A program made the translations under genes and the position numbers. 64,000 nt of DNA from Strigamia acuminata (Eukaryota), in assembly GCA_949358305.1 (NCBI GenBank), contig OX442314.1, positions 27,900,001-27,964,000 of the forward strand. The letters are read 5' to 3'. This document shows, piece after piece, positions 25,831 to 38,655 of the stretch. Under the pieces are notes generated by a model, which saw only the letters and a program-made list of their open reading frames with translations, made no database searches and was not told where the DNA came from. Position 1 is the stretch's first letter, and each line of letters starts with the position of its first letter.

Positions 25831-28800
25831 GACATTGGGAATATTTAGTACGAATTCCTGACGAATCGGTTTTGTTTGGGTGCGAAACGAGCCCGTCGTT
25901 CGTCTATTTGTCGCTAAAATACGAGGAGTGGGTGCGATAAAAAGTGGTGCGGGGAATGTTAGGTTAAATGTGACTCCCACACATACACACAAGTCGCCTC
26001 GTTAGAAGGCGGCAATGGATTAGCTTCTTGTCATGGTGCACATGCCAACATCACCCATGCGTTGCCGAGAGGCGTCTTTTTCCCATCCATCGCCCCTTAG
26101 GGAATGTTTATGGACCGTCGAGGAGGTGGGGCAGTCGAGTGAATCTCATCAGTGGCACACTTCTCCTACTCAAACAACAAATCTCAATGGTGTCTGCGGT
26201 ATAATACGGCGGCTTGTCCGAAGAGGCCTCTCGACCACATTCGCCCCCTTACGGCGTTATTCTGGGCTTTCCAGGGACTCGGAGGAGGAGACACAAGTCG
26301 TGCGTCATTATTGGAATGAGGAAAAAGAGTGGGGGGGAGACGGGGAGGGGAATTGAGAGAGAGAGAAAGAGAGAGACAGAGGAATCTTTTTAACTTGTTT
26401 CTGCAGATGAAGCGATTGCCAGTTGATTCGATTAGTATATGCGCGTGCGCTCTTGTCATGAGCAGATCGGCCGATGAGGAGTAGTGTATGCAAGGAAAAG
26501 CTGTCGGAAAATTAATCGCCTAGTTTGTCACAAGTGCGACTGATTTTACGAGCGGGCGCCCCAAATAAAACATTAGAACAATGAATGACGACAGCGCCAC
26601 TGCCGTTCTAATTGGTGTAATGGAATGAGTTGTGAGCGAAAGGGGTGGCGTGAAAAAAGGAGAAAAAAAGGGAATGGTGCAAGTGCAAGTCTCATTCTTC
26701 TGACCCAATGCGCCTCCCTTCTCCCCCCGACGTGCCGACTGACAAATCGAATTGCTGAATAGTGGGAGAAAGGAAGTGTTGTTGTTTGTTTGGTTTTGTG
26801 GGTTAAAGAGAGTGGGAAAACAAATTATTGTATTGTAAAGCGAAGATAAATAAATGAATGGGATTGTGTATACGTCTGGATTCACGAGAAAACACATAAA
26901 ACTATACTACTGTCACTTTCACTATTTTGTGTTTTGACAAAAAAGTAAAGCCTGCAGCATCTTTCCGATACAAAATATGAATTTAGCATTAAATTCTGCC
27001 TTAGAAAATGCTAAAACATTTAAACCAATCATATATTGTAATTAATAAAAGTAATTTTTAGTTGTTTGTGTACAAATTGTTGCTGGACAAAAGTTTAGCA
27101 CCACAAGTCAAAACCTAAACGTGATGGGTTTGGAACACCGAGCAATCGACTTGACTTTATGCTTAGAATCATTTTCCGGCTGAAATATCCACGTCAAAGA
27201 CAGTTCATCATCTGCAAATGGAAGCATAACAATCCTCCAATACATTTTTATAAGTATATTGGTCCATGATACCCTAAATTTAATGTTTTGGACCAATACC
27301 CACACGGGAAGCCATTACACTATTACACTATTTGACCGTTCCCATACGATACAGATAAATTCATCGTACAAAAGAATTTGTATCTTTTTAAAACGTTTCT
27401 GTTTCTCCTAACGACGCATTGAAAACTATATTTCCCCCACCATTAATTACACTTGAAAAGAGTTAAAATCTTGACTGAAGAACAAGCCCGAAAAAGCGCA
27501 ACTCATCTCGATGACTCGCTCCACACAATCACTCAAGGTAACAGAAAGCGCTTTAGTCTTTCCGATTCACAGAAAACGTTGGTGGTTTCCGATGGCGGAG
27601 CGATTAGTGCTCAACTCATCTCCGGGCTCCGTAATTACTCCTTCCGCGACTGCACCAGTCTTAGATGTAGCGTCGGCAAGCACAGGAAACGATTAGACCC
27701 GGAAAACCATTGCTCATCTAGCCGAGTGCAAGAGGGGGCGTACGCATCAGCTTCCCAAGCCGCAGACCCAGATTACAAATGCGGGTATGGAGTGCCATAA
27801 AAAAAAAGAGGAAAAGGAAGGAGAGAACGAACGCTGCGAAGAAAATGAGAAAGATCCAAATTCGTGACTTGAAAAAAATTTTTTTTTTAGTTTGGGTCAT
27901 TGAATCGAGGCGATGGGTCAGAGTGTAATGACAGGACGATTCTCATTAGGTCGATTCCCCGCTTCCTGGCCGAAGCATCCGTTTTCTGTCGGTAATTGCC
28001 GGACAGCCTTGTCAGTTAGCTGCTGTCAAATGCCTATTTAAAGCTAATTAGAAATTCAAAACAGCTGCTTCCTATTAAGACGCTTCTCCGTCTTAATTCG
28101 AGGCCAGAAAGCGCAGTGTCAACTTTGTCGCTATTATCAACTAGTTAAACTCGGGTGGATGCATGTCTTTTATTTCTCGGAGAAAAATCTTCTTGACCTC
28201 AATTTGCCAGGGCCAATTTCAGGCCAGTCACTGTTTTATTCGAGAGGAGATTTTTCTTTTCTTTTCCGAGTGCGAACGCCGCTCTGCGCGCTGCCAGTTG
28301 ACCTTTTCTCCTTTCGCGCTCTGATGCCGATGCCGAGTTCTATGTATCAGTGTATGAAATTTTTATTAGTTGCTGATCGATGTTCGAGTCGCCGCATACT
28401 CGCAACGAGGTCAAGGAAGCCATTACTTGTGTTGGGCAGTAAAGATCCAACACATTAGTTGCACGCTCTCGCTCGTCTGGTGACTTTAGACTGACCACCG
28501 AAGAGGTTGTGCACTTTTAAAGAGGAGGATTACACAAATTGTTATTGAATGGATAATAATAATCATTTGAGATGATTGCTCAGTTGGCTCTTCAAGTGCT
28601 TATATTTCTTATATCAGATTTCTGCACGCACCAAATCAATCGCAGAATACTCAAATATGAAACACCGCAATTTTTAATTTATTTCCTTTAATACACGTTA
28701 GTGAATTGTCTTAGTTTGTCCGATGTGTCTCCCATTCAAATTATATTATTACTTAATTTACTTTTTGGAAAATATATTTTTCAGCCATGTGGGAAATTAT

Positions 28801-30823
28801 AAATCGGTGTGTAATTTCAGTAATTATATCCTATTTTTTTTTGTTCACCGATTTCTGAGTTTTCCGAGTAAAATTATGTGAAAATATTTGTACGATTTTT
28901 TTTTTCTTTGAAAAGTGGGAAATGAATAATTTTGAATTTTATGTATTCATGTGCAGCGCGTATATACAAGTTAATGACCAGTTGGAACAAAACGTGTGAG
29001 ATGCTTGTAACGAGTAAGTTCAGGAGCAGGCCACTTGTGACATGGGAAGTAGAAATTATCTCGTCTAACGACAGACAACTTCTCGCTACATCATCATTAG
29101 AGTGGTTCAATCGTGCAACAAGTTATGTAAATTACTCTTTCCAATTTTTTCCCCTTCTTTTTCATCAAATCAAATTATTGCAAAAAGGTCGACTCGTTTT
29201 GCCGTCTCAGCATTGGAAAATCCCACAAATGCCTTTTAAATCCAACTGCAAATTGATTTCCAAACGATATTATACGTATATCGTGGATAAAATATCCTTT
29301 TTCGTCTTGTGCCATCAACAATTTTTGGGATTTAGTTGCATAAATTGCCACGGGGTGAACATCGCATTCCATATGTTTGAAGAATTGAAAATACACGAGT
29401 AAAAAACAAGATTGTAGAGCAATTTCACGAATGCTGACGGGTATGTATGAATAATGAGACAAGAAAGCGAATATAGAGATGAACTGGGTGGATGTCTCGG
29501 TTCGAGTTGGCAAAAACAACCGGATTTGTCAATTATACATTTTTTTCTCGTTTAAAATGAATTGAAAAAAAAATAAAAACCGCTTTACATTTTAATTTTA
29601 ATTTTAATTTTAATTTTCCTTTGTAAAAAATCAATTCGAATTGTTTCCTTCATCTTTTTAGCGTATCCATGACCAGAACGAACACCAAAAAAGCCATAAA
29701 CCATCGTCAATAACCACAACTAAACTCTATTCCGAAAAGTACTTGAAATACTCCTATTGGTTGAGAGATTCATAACACCAGTATAAATGCATTGAGAGAA
29801 ATAGTTTTTACGATCCAGGTTTAATATTAACAAAATAAGTTAATAACTCGCAGTTGAGATGCTAAGTTAGGCTTATTCACCGTACAAAAACCCCAAAATT
29901 AAAAAAAAAAATGACCCGACAAATGAATTGTTTTAAAATGATATTTTAATAAAATTCTGCCACAACTTGTTTTTATAATAACAATAAGTTTGATAACTAT
30001 ACAGAGCGTTTTTATCTTCTATTGATGCGTCGTAAAAATGTCTCTTTATCGCTCCACGATAAAAACAAGTAGCCAAAGGGTTGCTGCTTAGTCTACTTTT
30101 TCCACACGAACAATAATTAATGAGCTGATAGAAACACATCACAACTTTCCTCCTCATCCTTTACTTGGCACATAAATCATCACATTTCCTGTCTCTAACT
30201 GTGTATCGAAACTTTTCCGTGTCCATCGAGTTCAAAGTTCTTACAAACTCGTCAACCATTTACACATGACGTCATTTCATCCCCCACCCCCTTCGGCCGA
30301 CCACAATCGATGTCCACATAAATCTTTTTCGATAGCCGCAAGAGGGTGCTGGCATTTACACTCGATCATGTTCGAGGAACCAGCAATAAAAAAAAAATAA
30401 AAGAAGAAGAAGAAAAAAAAAATATATATATATACATGTATAAAGGAAAGAAGAAAGATTTTTGGTCAAGTACCGAATAAAAGCATCAAGAGAGGTCATG
30501 ACCGGTCACGAACGAGCTTACCTCAATTGACAAACGTCAAAATAAAAAAGATATGTGTAATTAAACGTTGAAATATATAATTTAAAAACTACTTCGGGGC
30601 GAAATTCTATTTAAAAAAAATTTTAAAAAAATTAAAAAATCGAGTCCATTTGTAATGAAAAACGAGTTAAAAACTGATTTTATTAATTAATCTTCAACTG
30701 ACCCGTGTAAAAGTCAGCGGAGATGATTTTAGGAACGACTGAGACTGACTAGAAACACGCGGGGGGTGGATGGGCAAAAGTGTGACCGATACAAAGCGCG
30801 AAAGAAAAGCAGCGCGCACACTA

Positions 30824-32347
30824 CTACGTCCGTCCCAGGACCTTTTCGAGTTGCTGGTGTTGACTTCGGATGGCGAACCGGTTCACATGAACGGGGATTG
30901 GGACCACGATTTTCGGGGCCATCGGGTTGGTCGTGGGTGTTCGTCCGCCGGCCACACCGGCTTTGACTCGTTTCCACTTTGCCCGTCGATTCTGGAACCA
31001 GATCTTGACCTGCACTTCGCTCAGCTTGAGCGAGTGCGCGATCTGCGACCGCTCCGTGAGCGACAAGTATTTTTTGGAATGGAACTCTTTTTCCAGTTCG
31101 AGTAACTGTTCACTGGTGAATGCGGTGCGTCGGCGCCGGCTTTTGCCGCCCATGCTCGGGGTCCGCGAGGGTGCCGACGGGTCTCCGCTGATTCGAGAGT
31201 CGTCTCGCATGTTCTCGTCGTCCGACTGGCAGCCGGGGGATCCCACTTCGGACCTCGACAAGGGGGGCGAACGAGTTTCGATGCGGCTGCCGTTGCTCGC
31301 ATCACTGCCCGACACTACAAATAAAACAGCGCAAATTCAGACTTTTTCAACACAAAATATTACAACTTTTGGACATTCGGCGAGTTTATATCGACAAATA
31401 GCACAAATTCCGACTCCCGGAGCCTCGAAATCAACTTTTTTCGATGCAGTACCCATTTGGACATTCGTTTCCGGCGTTAATTAAGTGCGGGTGCCGCCAA
31501 ACCTCCGTTGTTTATCCCGAGTAAACTTTTGCCAATCGATTACCCGCACAACAGCTGTCACCAGAGGGCAAACGACACGCAAATCATTCTTTTGAAGTGC
31601 AACATCTGCTCAAAGGGTTAACTGCCTGGCCATCCGACTTGCAGATTACGCAATCTTAATGACGTCATTTGAGGTAAATCGAGCGTTAATAACTCGTCAT
31701 TTACAACGTCCATCGACGGACCCATAGGGTCGTAACCCACCCAATTTCCAGCAACGCATGTGCATCTAATGGGCACCGACAGGGAGTGCCGACCCATCCC
31801 CTCCCATGGGCACCCCGGACCGACAATGCCCGCGTTCGGGCAGCGAGTGCCATCATTAAAGACTATAAATCACGCCGCGTTCGACAAGCACGACGTGATA
31901 TCCCATGGAACCCCTACCGGGGAAGAAAGGGAAGAAAGGGTCGGGACATTCAATTAACAACCCCGTCCCATTTCAGGCCTAATTCCCCCCAAACAAACCC
32001 CGAAAAACGCGAGGAAAAAACCCGGCGAACAAACCTGACAAATCCTGCGGCTGCGGCGACGGTTCCCGCACGGGCGACGGCGACCTGCGCGGAGAAGCCG
32101 CCCGGGATCGCGGCTCGAGCGGCAGCGACGTGGGTGTGAGCGCCAGCTGCGATAAGGCCGGGTGGAAGAGCAGACCGGGGCTCCCGGACGCGGCGAACGG
32201 CGGGTGCACGGGCCGCGGCAGCAGCATGTAGCCATTGTAGAGGAACGGCAGCGGCAGCGGCGAGCTCGCGGCCGACGAGTACGGCGCCGTGATGGGACTC
32301 GACATGAGGGAGTCGATCGAGAAGGGTGCGAACGCCGGTCGTTGCAT
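30824..32347 (-). CDS. Gbx: Gbx/unplugged-class homeobox transcription factor, 2 exons (32347-32035, 31314-30824), 267 aa
   Basis: Homeodomain [60 protein letters not shown] plus the Gbx-specific tail [23 protein letters not shown]-terminal eh1 motif FSIDSLM. The phase-1 intron (G|gtttgt ... tttgtag|TG) gives an 804-nt CDS. Confidence 0.96.
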
Positions 32348-32449
32348 GACCGTCCGGTTGAATAGGGAACGCGTGCTCAGGTTGACGCCAATCCAACATT
32401 GAGATAGACTCACCTAAACAGATGGGAGGCGCTGCCCAATGCATTCGTT

Positions 32450-32690
32450 TTAACTTTAAATGGCCAAGCAACGGTGCACATCCCTCGCTCACAGCGCTCC
32501 CGTCACGTGTCCCGCTCGCCATTCGCTCCATCACGCTTGGCCCCGCCCCGCGCGCGCGTGACGTCGCGCAAAACACCACTCCCCATTGGTGCGAATCGCC
32601 CGAGAACGCATCCGTCCCCGCCCATCGATTCAATCACGTATAATTAATCATGATTGATGATTAATTGGTTAATTAAATGCAAATCGAGTC
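32450..32690 (-). promoter_or_regulatory. Gbx proximal promoter and homeodomain-site cluster
   Basis: TATA-like TTTAAA at about 32455-32460, GC boxes, CRE-like TGACGTC at about 32559, CCAAT at about 32585. A dense TAAT block at 32641-32684 includes TGATTGAT and the octamer ATGCAAAT. Confidence 0.55.
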
Positions 32691-34149
32691 AGCGGTGGCA
32701 GGAAATTGCGAATGACAAACATAATTCCGGGGGGGGGATGGGGGAGGGGTATATTTTCGAGTGACCCGTGGGTGGGTGAGAAAATGGGTTCAGGTGTGTG
32801 GCTGGGTCGTGTCCACACCCCTGGGGGAGCCGACGGGTCCATTTCGGGTGATTTTGGAGGTGGGGGGATCGTTAGTTGACATTTTGCTTTGATGAGGCGC
32901 CGCTAAACTGGGCCCGGACGCCCCCGCCCAGCTCGTCTTGTGCGATGGTCATCCATCAGCGCCACCCCACTGGGTGGGAACTCGGTAGGGGGATGGAGAT
33001 GGAAGCGCGAGGCACGCGATCAACACGTCACCCGCTGGCTTGATGAACACAAGGAGAAGCCACGTTTCATTACAGGACACCATAAATCTTGAGGCTGATT
33101 TATACGGATGTCTCCACTTTGTTTGTCACCTGGAAAAGGTGTTGAAAAAATAATGCCCGCAGTGTGGGGCCGGGTTCGTCGAGTGGACAGTTGCGACTCG
33201 CGTATCCGACCCCTTTATGGCCTTAAATTATCACTTGGGTCAATTATCCGGGCCGAGCCCTGTGGTAGAGGAAGAAAAGACTCGACGAGGGTGTCTTTGG
33301 GTGGATATATCCGCTTCGGAGTCTAATTCGCTGTTTGTACGCGAAGGAATCGTTTGTTCGTTGTCAACGCAGGAAAAATTGTTTTGCTTTTCTTTTTGCA
33401 GTTTGTGGTGTCGGTCTTATTCGTGGGTGGAACCCTCCGTGTAAACACGTTGTGATGATAGTGATCGTTGGTTTGAATGTTCAATACAAATATTATACGA
33501 CGTGATTATTGTTGAATTTGGCGCGTGGTTGTGTGTAGCAGCTGGCGCGATCTGGAGGCGAAATACGCTACTAAAGCGTCACAATTATTGTTTGAGTTCA
33601 ATAGATTATATTGAGTTACATTGGTGTTAAATAAATGTGAGAATGAAGAATTGATTGATCATGCCATAAAAATTTGTTTTTTTGTGTGCAAAATTTACAA
33701 AAAAAAATACCCATTGTGGGTAACGGCAGACAGAATTCTGCACCCCACTGCCATCTATCAGCGTGACGCGAAAACTAACTCCCACAACAAGTATTATTTT
33801 TAAAAAATAGAAAAATTTGTTCGTGTATTTCAATTAAAGCAGCGACTCGACTTTTTCGATTTGATTTTGCATTATTGTCAATTTATCTTTATTTCGTTTA
33901 AAACATTTTATGGAATTGTGAACGCTTTAGCTTTTGATTTAACACAGATCAAAGGACAAACGAAAAAATTTATACGACAAAAATCATTTATCTGAGACCT
34001 GTTAAGTGGAGAAAAGATTTTTTTTCTTTTTTCCTTTAGAATTTACATTAAAATTTACATTTTACATCCAATAAGAAATTTTTCTCTTTTTCTAACTTTT
34101 TTTTTCGTTGAAAACCTCTATTCCCATTATAATGTCTCAAACAAACATG

Positions 34150-35750
34150 TCACGGAGCCGGCACAAAAGCTCGAATCGCATTCAGGCAATAAATAAACCA
34201 AAATCCGCCCGCATAAAACACCGGAACCAACTGGCGAAGTGGGTAACCTTCATCTTCGCCATTTCCATCGCCACTCTCCGCGTCGTCTTCGCCGTCGCCT
34301 TCTCCCCACTCGGCTACAAATCACCAAATTATAACCAAACCCAACAAACGTCAATCACCACTCAACTCTACCTTTACTTCCAGCGGCTTTTGATGATGTC
34401 TTTTGCGAACCGTTAGTCGATTTTCCATTGGCTCCAGTGGCACGACTACCAGAATGTCCAGTGGAACGACCACCACCAGTACCACCAGTACCACCATTAC
34501 CACCATTAGCACCAGTACCACCAGTAGCACCAGTACCACCAGTAGCACCAGTGGCTCGAGTACCACCAGTGGCACCAGTGGCTCGACTACCACCAGTAGC
34601 ACCAGTGGCACCAGTGGCACCAGTAGCACGACTACCACCAGCGGGACCAGTGGAACGAGCACCAGCAGCGGAACCAGTGGTACGAGCACCAGCAGCGGAA
34701 CCAGTGGTACGAGTAGTACTTTCGGCACCAGTACCACCAGCGGCGCGAGCGCTTCGAGTGGCCTGGCTCCCCGTTTTACTGTCGCGCTGAGAAATCGAAT
34801 TGCTAATACGTTCCTCAAGTCCTTTATAAATTTCGCATTCCTCCTCCTTTAACGCCTAGAAAAAAGAGAGAAAAGCCAGGTAAATTGCCACGTTTAAACA
34901 CCTTTATACGATGACAACTTCGTCTTAAGTACCGCGAGTCGTTGAATGCTCCTCTGCTGACTTTCCAGATCGTCCTCGTCCTCGCGACAGCTGTCCGGGC
35001 CGACCTCGCTCTCGCTTTTCTGCGCTTTGTCGTCCATGTCGTCGTCTCCGCCAGTATCACTAGCATCATTTGGTGGGGTTTCGCTCGCATCACCAGCTTC
35101 GCTCATCTGACCAGCGTCCTGTTCTTTGTCGTTTTCCATGCGAGGGTCCTCTTTTGTTGTCATCTGAACCGACTAATTTGTACAGCAGCCTCTTTTTCTG
35201 GCGCCTTTTGGTGTCCAAATGATTTGTTTTTAATGCACCCACTTAAACTGGAATTTTCTTTTCAAGGTTAATGGCGAGTGCCAAGAAGAATGTTCATCCC
35301 GAAATCGTAGGCTTAAGTTGTGAGTAAGAACATTTGGGTTGAGTTTAAATAGTTCAAGGATTTCGATAGTGATATAAATCTCACCCGTGAGGCAGAATCT
35401 GTCGTTCTCAAATTTGTTTCATCGACCTTAATGTTTAAATCGAGTGGATATTAAGACACATCACGTCGAATTCGGCAACGAACAAACCTTGGAAGTCTGA
35501 TCGAATCGCATGTAAACAATGAGCGCTTGTTCATTGTTGTTGGTTGTGTAAGTCGCTTGTTTGTGCTCGGCGGATTTGAACTTGGCGCAGAAAATAAACC
35601 TTGTGGGTGAAATGCAGTCTGGTGGTGAGTTCTGGAAACGAGAGTTTTTAACTCATAACTTCGCCGTTAGATGTCAGTGCACACACAAAGCACTCAAAAA
35701 TGTTTTTCAGAAATTCAATTTCTTCTGGAAGGGAAAATATGCCGAGATTA
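34150..35750 (-). CDS. Multi-exon gene of unknown function: acidic region, short coiled-coil-like stretch, Gly/Thr/Ala repeat (GATGG/TGAT), acidic linker, short hydrophobic C-terminus
   Basis: Open exons with canonical splice sites at about 35631-35488, 35426-35385, 35163-34900, 34855-34372 and 34313-34150 (stop TGA at 34152-34150). The junction near 34900 and the 5' end are ambiguous. Confidence 0.5.
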
Positions 35751-35785
35751 CCGTAAGAGTGGTTTAGGAGTTCAAGAAAATATGA

Positions 35786-36270
35786 ATTAAAATGCATAAA
35801 ATGGCGAAATAAAATGCATGAAATGGAGAAATAAAATGCGTATAATGGAGAAATAAAATGCATAAAATGGAGAATTAAAATGCATAAAATGAAGAAATAA
35901 AATGCATAAAATGGAGAAATAAAATGAAAAAAAGGCGAAATAAAATGCATAAAATGGCGAAATAAAATGCATGAAATGAAGAAATAAAATGCGTATAATG
36001 GAGAAATAAAATGCATAAAATGGCGAAATAAAATGCATGAAATGGAGAAATAAAATGCATAAAATGGCGAAATAAAATGCATAAAATGGCGAAATAAAAT
36101 GCATGAAATGGAGAAATAAAATGCATAAAATGGAGAAATAAAATGCATAAAATGGCGAAATAAAATGCATAAAATGGCGAAATAAAATGCATGAAATAAA
36201 GAAATAAAATGCTGGAGAAATAAAATGCATAAAATGAAGAAATAAAATGTATTAAATAGTGAAATAAAAT
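35786..36270. repeat. 22-bp minisatellite (aaataaaatgcataaaatggcg/gag)
   Basis: More than 20 tandem copies; the source of the spurious F/I/H-rich ORFs on the minus strand. Confidence 0.92.
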
Positions 36271-36610
36271 ATTTGTCAAAACTTATCTCATTCCCTTACG
36301 CGCACACACGTTAGTTTACATCACAGTATAGAGAAAAGACAATATGGCAATGTTGGATGGTTCCTTTGATGTTGGGGGCATGAAATTGACATTACAGAAC
36401 GTCATAAAATATTAAGGAATAGTGTTGCACCTCCAGTGGTGGTGATATAAGTTTCGTTTCTTTTCACAGAGTGGAACAGTTATGAATATCAATAAAAAAG
36501 CACACTGATTTCTTAATTTAATAATGAAAAACAATGAAAAAAGTTAAAATGTTAAAATCCTGCCAGAGCAGCGACAAAGACGACAAGAATTTCAAATTTA
36601 TTTCCAATTT

Positions 36611-37430
36611 TTACATCGAAGTGGTCACTTCGGTAACAAACTCGTGAGTCACAAACTTTATTTCGCGATATTTCAACCGAAAAACATCCACAAACGACGT
36701 TTTCCGAAACCGTCGACTCATCGCGCAATAAATCACAAAATTCAAAGCCGAATTAACCTGCATCAAAATTGGTTCAAAATTGTCCTCGCCTCTCTCAGAT
36801 ACAAATAACACATGGGCTAAAACTTCTCACCCAAAGCCGCCGTCATCAACGCCAAAATCCCCACCGGAAATTCCGTAACAACAAATAAGACCAAAACTCC
36901 AACCAACATCCTCGTCGTCCTACCCATCACCCGTTTCTCCTTCTCCTCGCTCAACGACTCCCGATGATCGTGGACCAACCGACTCTTCGCAGCCCACGGA
37001 TCAAAAACAAATTAAAAAAAACGCAACACAACACACTGAACCAACTTAATCAACACGCTAATCCACCAAAACATGATCCTAACGAGTAATTGCCCGTTAG
37101 TCATCGCAATTTTCGTTAAACTGACCTCGTAAAACGCTCCGCCGTCCCTCGGCTGCACGGAAAACGACACGAAAACGGGCAAACACAAAACCAACGGCTC
37201 AAAGTAACACGCAACAATTGCCACGCGTGTTCGTCGCACGTTTCACCATTGACTGGACTTTAGCGGGTAATTAACGGCAATGTAACGCCATACGACTAAC
37301 GCGAGTGTGAATGCGACAGATAAGGTGTGGCTAAGGACGAGAACGTGATCGCAGATGAGGATTAACATAATAATCCCCATTCGGTGGTGGGTGAAATAGT
37401 GGAGTTTGTCCGTGTGTTCGATGAGAATAT
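36611..37430 (-). pseudogene. Class A peptide GPCR pseudogene, myosuppressin receptor/DmsR-1-like
   Basis: TM3 HTLSVAFTLALVVWRYIAVNYP, TM5 FWWISVLIKLVQC, TM6 RTTRMLVGVLVLFVVTEFPVGIL and TM7 VNSALNFVIYCAMSRRFR are recognisable. There is an in-frame TGA at 37245-37243 and frameshifts after TM5 and TM6. Confidence 0.85.
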
Positions 37431-38655
37431 GAGATGTAGCGGTTTACATGAGAACAGTGAATATTTTATTTAAACAGGATATGTAAATATACTTTAGCCA
37501 TTGGGCGTGAGTTCTTTTTGTGATACGTGGGCAAGAAGTTTGTCACACCACAAACGGAATGAATAAATGTTTGATCCAAAATTCTGCCTCAGATTTGAAA
37601 TTTCTCATTTATGTTTCACCGAGTTAAGACATTTTTACAATTTTTTTTTTAATTGGAGCTGAATAAAAGTACTATCAACCAATAAAATTTTAATTCCATT
37701 CATTAATAGCTTTTTGAGTTACGTCTAACTGAAGTGAATAACTAGTGATGAGGTGAATAGAAAGTTTGCGGGATGCATTTTTCCCTTATTTTGCTCCACG
37801 ATACACTATTTTAGTGCCATATCGTAAGGGAAAAATCTTTAGTGTATCGTTTTCAACACTAAATTAAAATATAGCGCAGCCAATCAGAATTGAGAACACT
37901 ATATTGTTAGCTCCGTCTATTGCAAATGGCGATTATTTTGTTGTCCCGATCAAACACATCACAGTCATAGGTACGTAGATTGAATGATAAATGAGGCCAA
38001 AATTGAATTTTAGGCCCAAAACCATACTTTATAGGCATAATAATGGAATTTTATGCAGAAATTTGCACATTTACGCCCGCAAATTGAATTTTTAGGCTCA
38101 AAATTACTAATTGTAATCTCGGCAGAACGAGTGAAGCGAAGCGAAGTGGAGCGAGCGAGTGAATGCCGAGAGCATTCTCTCGATGTAATCGTAGGTTTCA
38201 CAGGAGATGGCGCTACTAGTCGGGTTACGTCAGTCTTAAAAGTATATCCTGTGGAAAAGGGAAGTGAAGGAAAAAACAAAATGGAGTCATCTGGATCAAC
38301 GGTGATGACGGTAGGCGAGTTTTATGTTATAACTCTTTCTAAAATATAATTAATTAGTGAAGTTCGGAGGTGTGGTGTTCAGGGAGGATGGTGGGTCCTG
38401 TGAAACCTACGATTACATCGAGAGAATGCTCTCGGCATTCACTCGCTCGCTCCGCTTCGCTTCGCTTCACTCGTTCTGCCGAGATTACATTCTCTCTCAG
38501 TAATCTTCGGCTTAACAGGAGAATTGAGAGATAGCCTTTTCTCAGGATAATAAGGTAAAATATTTGGACGAAAATATATATTTTACAGTTTTTTATTTTG
38601 AAATGGTAATTTTAGTTACTAGACAATTTAATTTTTTCATAATGAGTTAGTAATT

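Noticed and set aside
30927..31484. 185-aa plus-strand ORF
   Set aside because: It is the antisense shadow of the GC-rich Gbx exon 2.
31950..32633. 227-aa minus-strand ORF overlapping Gbx exon 1
   Set aside because: It is an alternative frame; the eh1-containing frame is the one that splices to the homeodomain.
34403..34852. Ser/Thr-rich mucin-like and Pro/Val-rich plus-strand ORFs
   Set aside because: They have no ATG or splice support; the minus-strand Gly/Thr/Ala frame has consistent splice sites.
35687..35750. F-box-like IFSLPEEI..LKNIF
   Set aside because: The match is too short and degenerate to call without a profile search.
35787..36279. Hydrophobic F/I/H repeat ORFs
   Set aside because: They derive from a 22-bp minisatellite.
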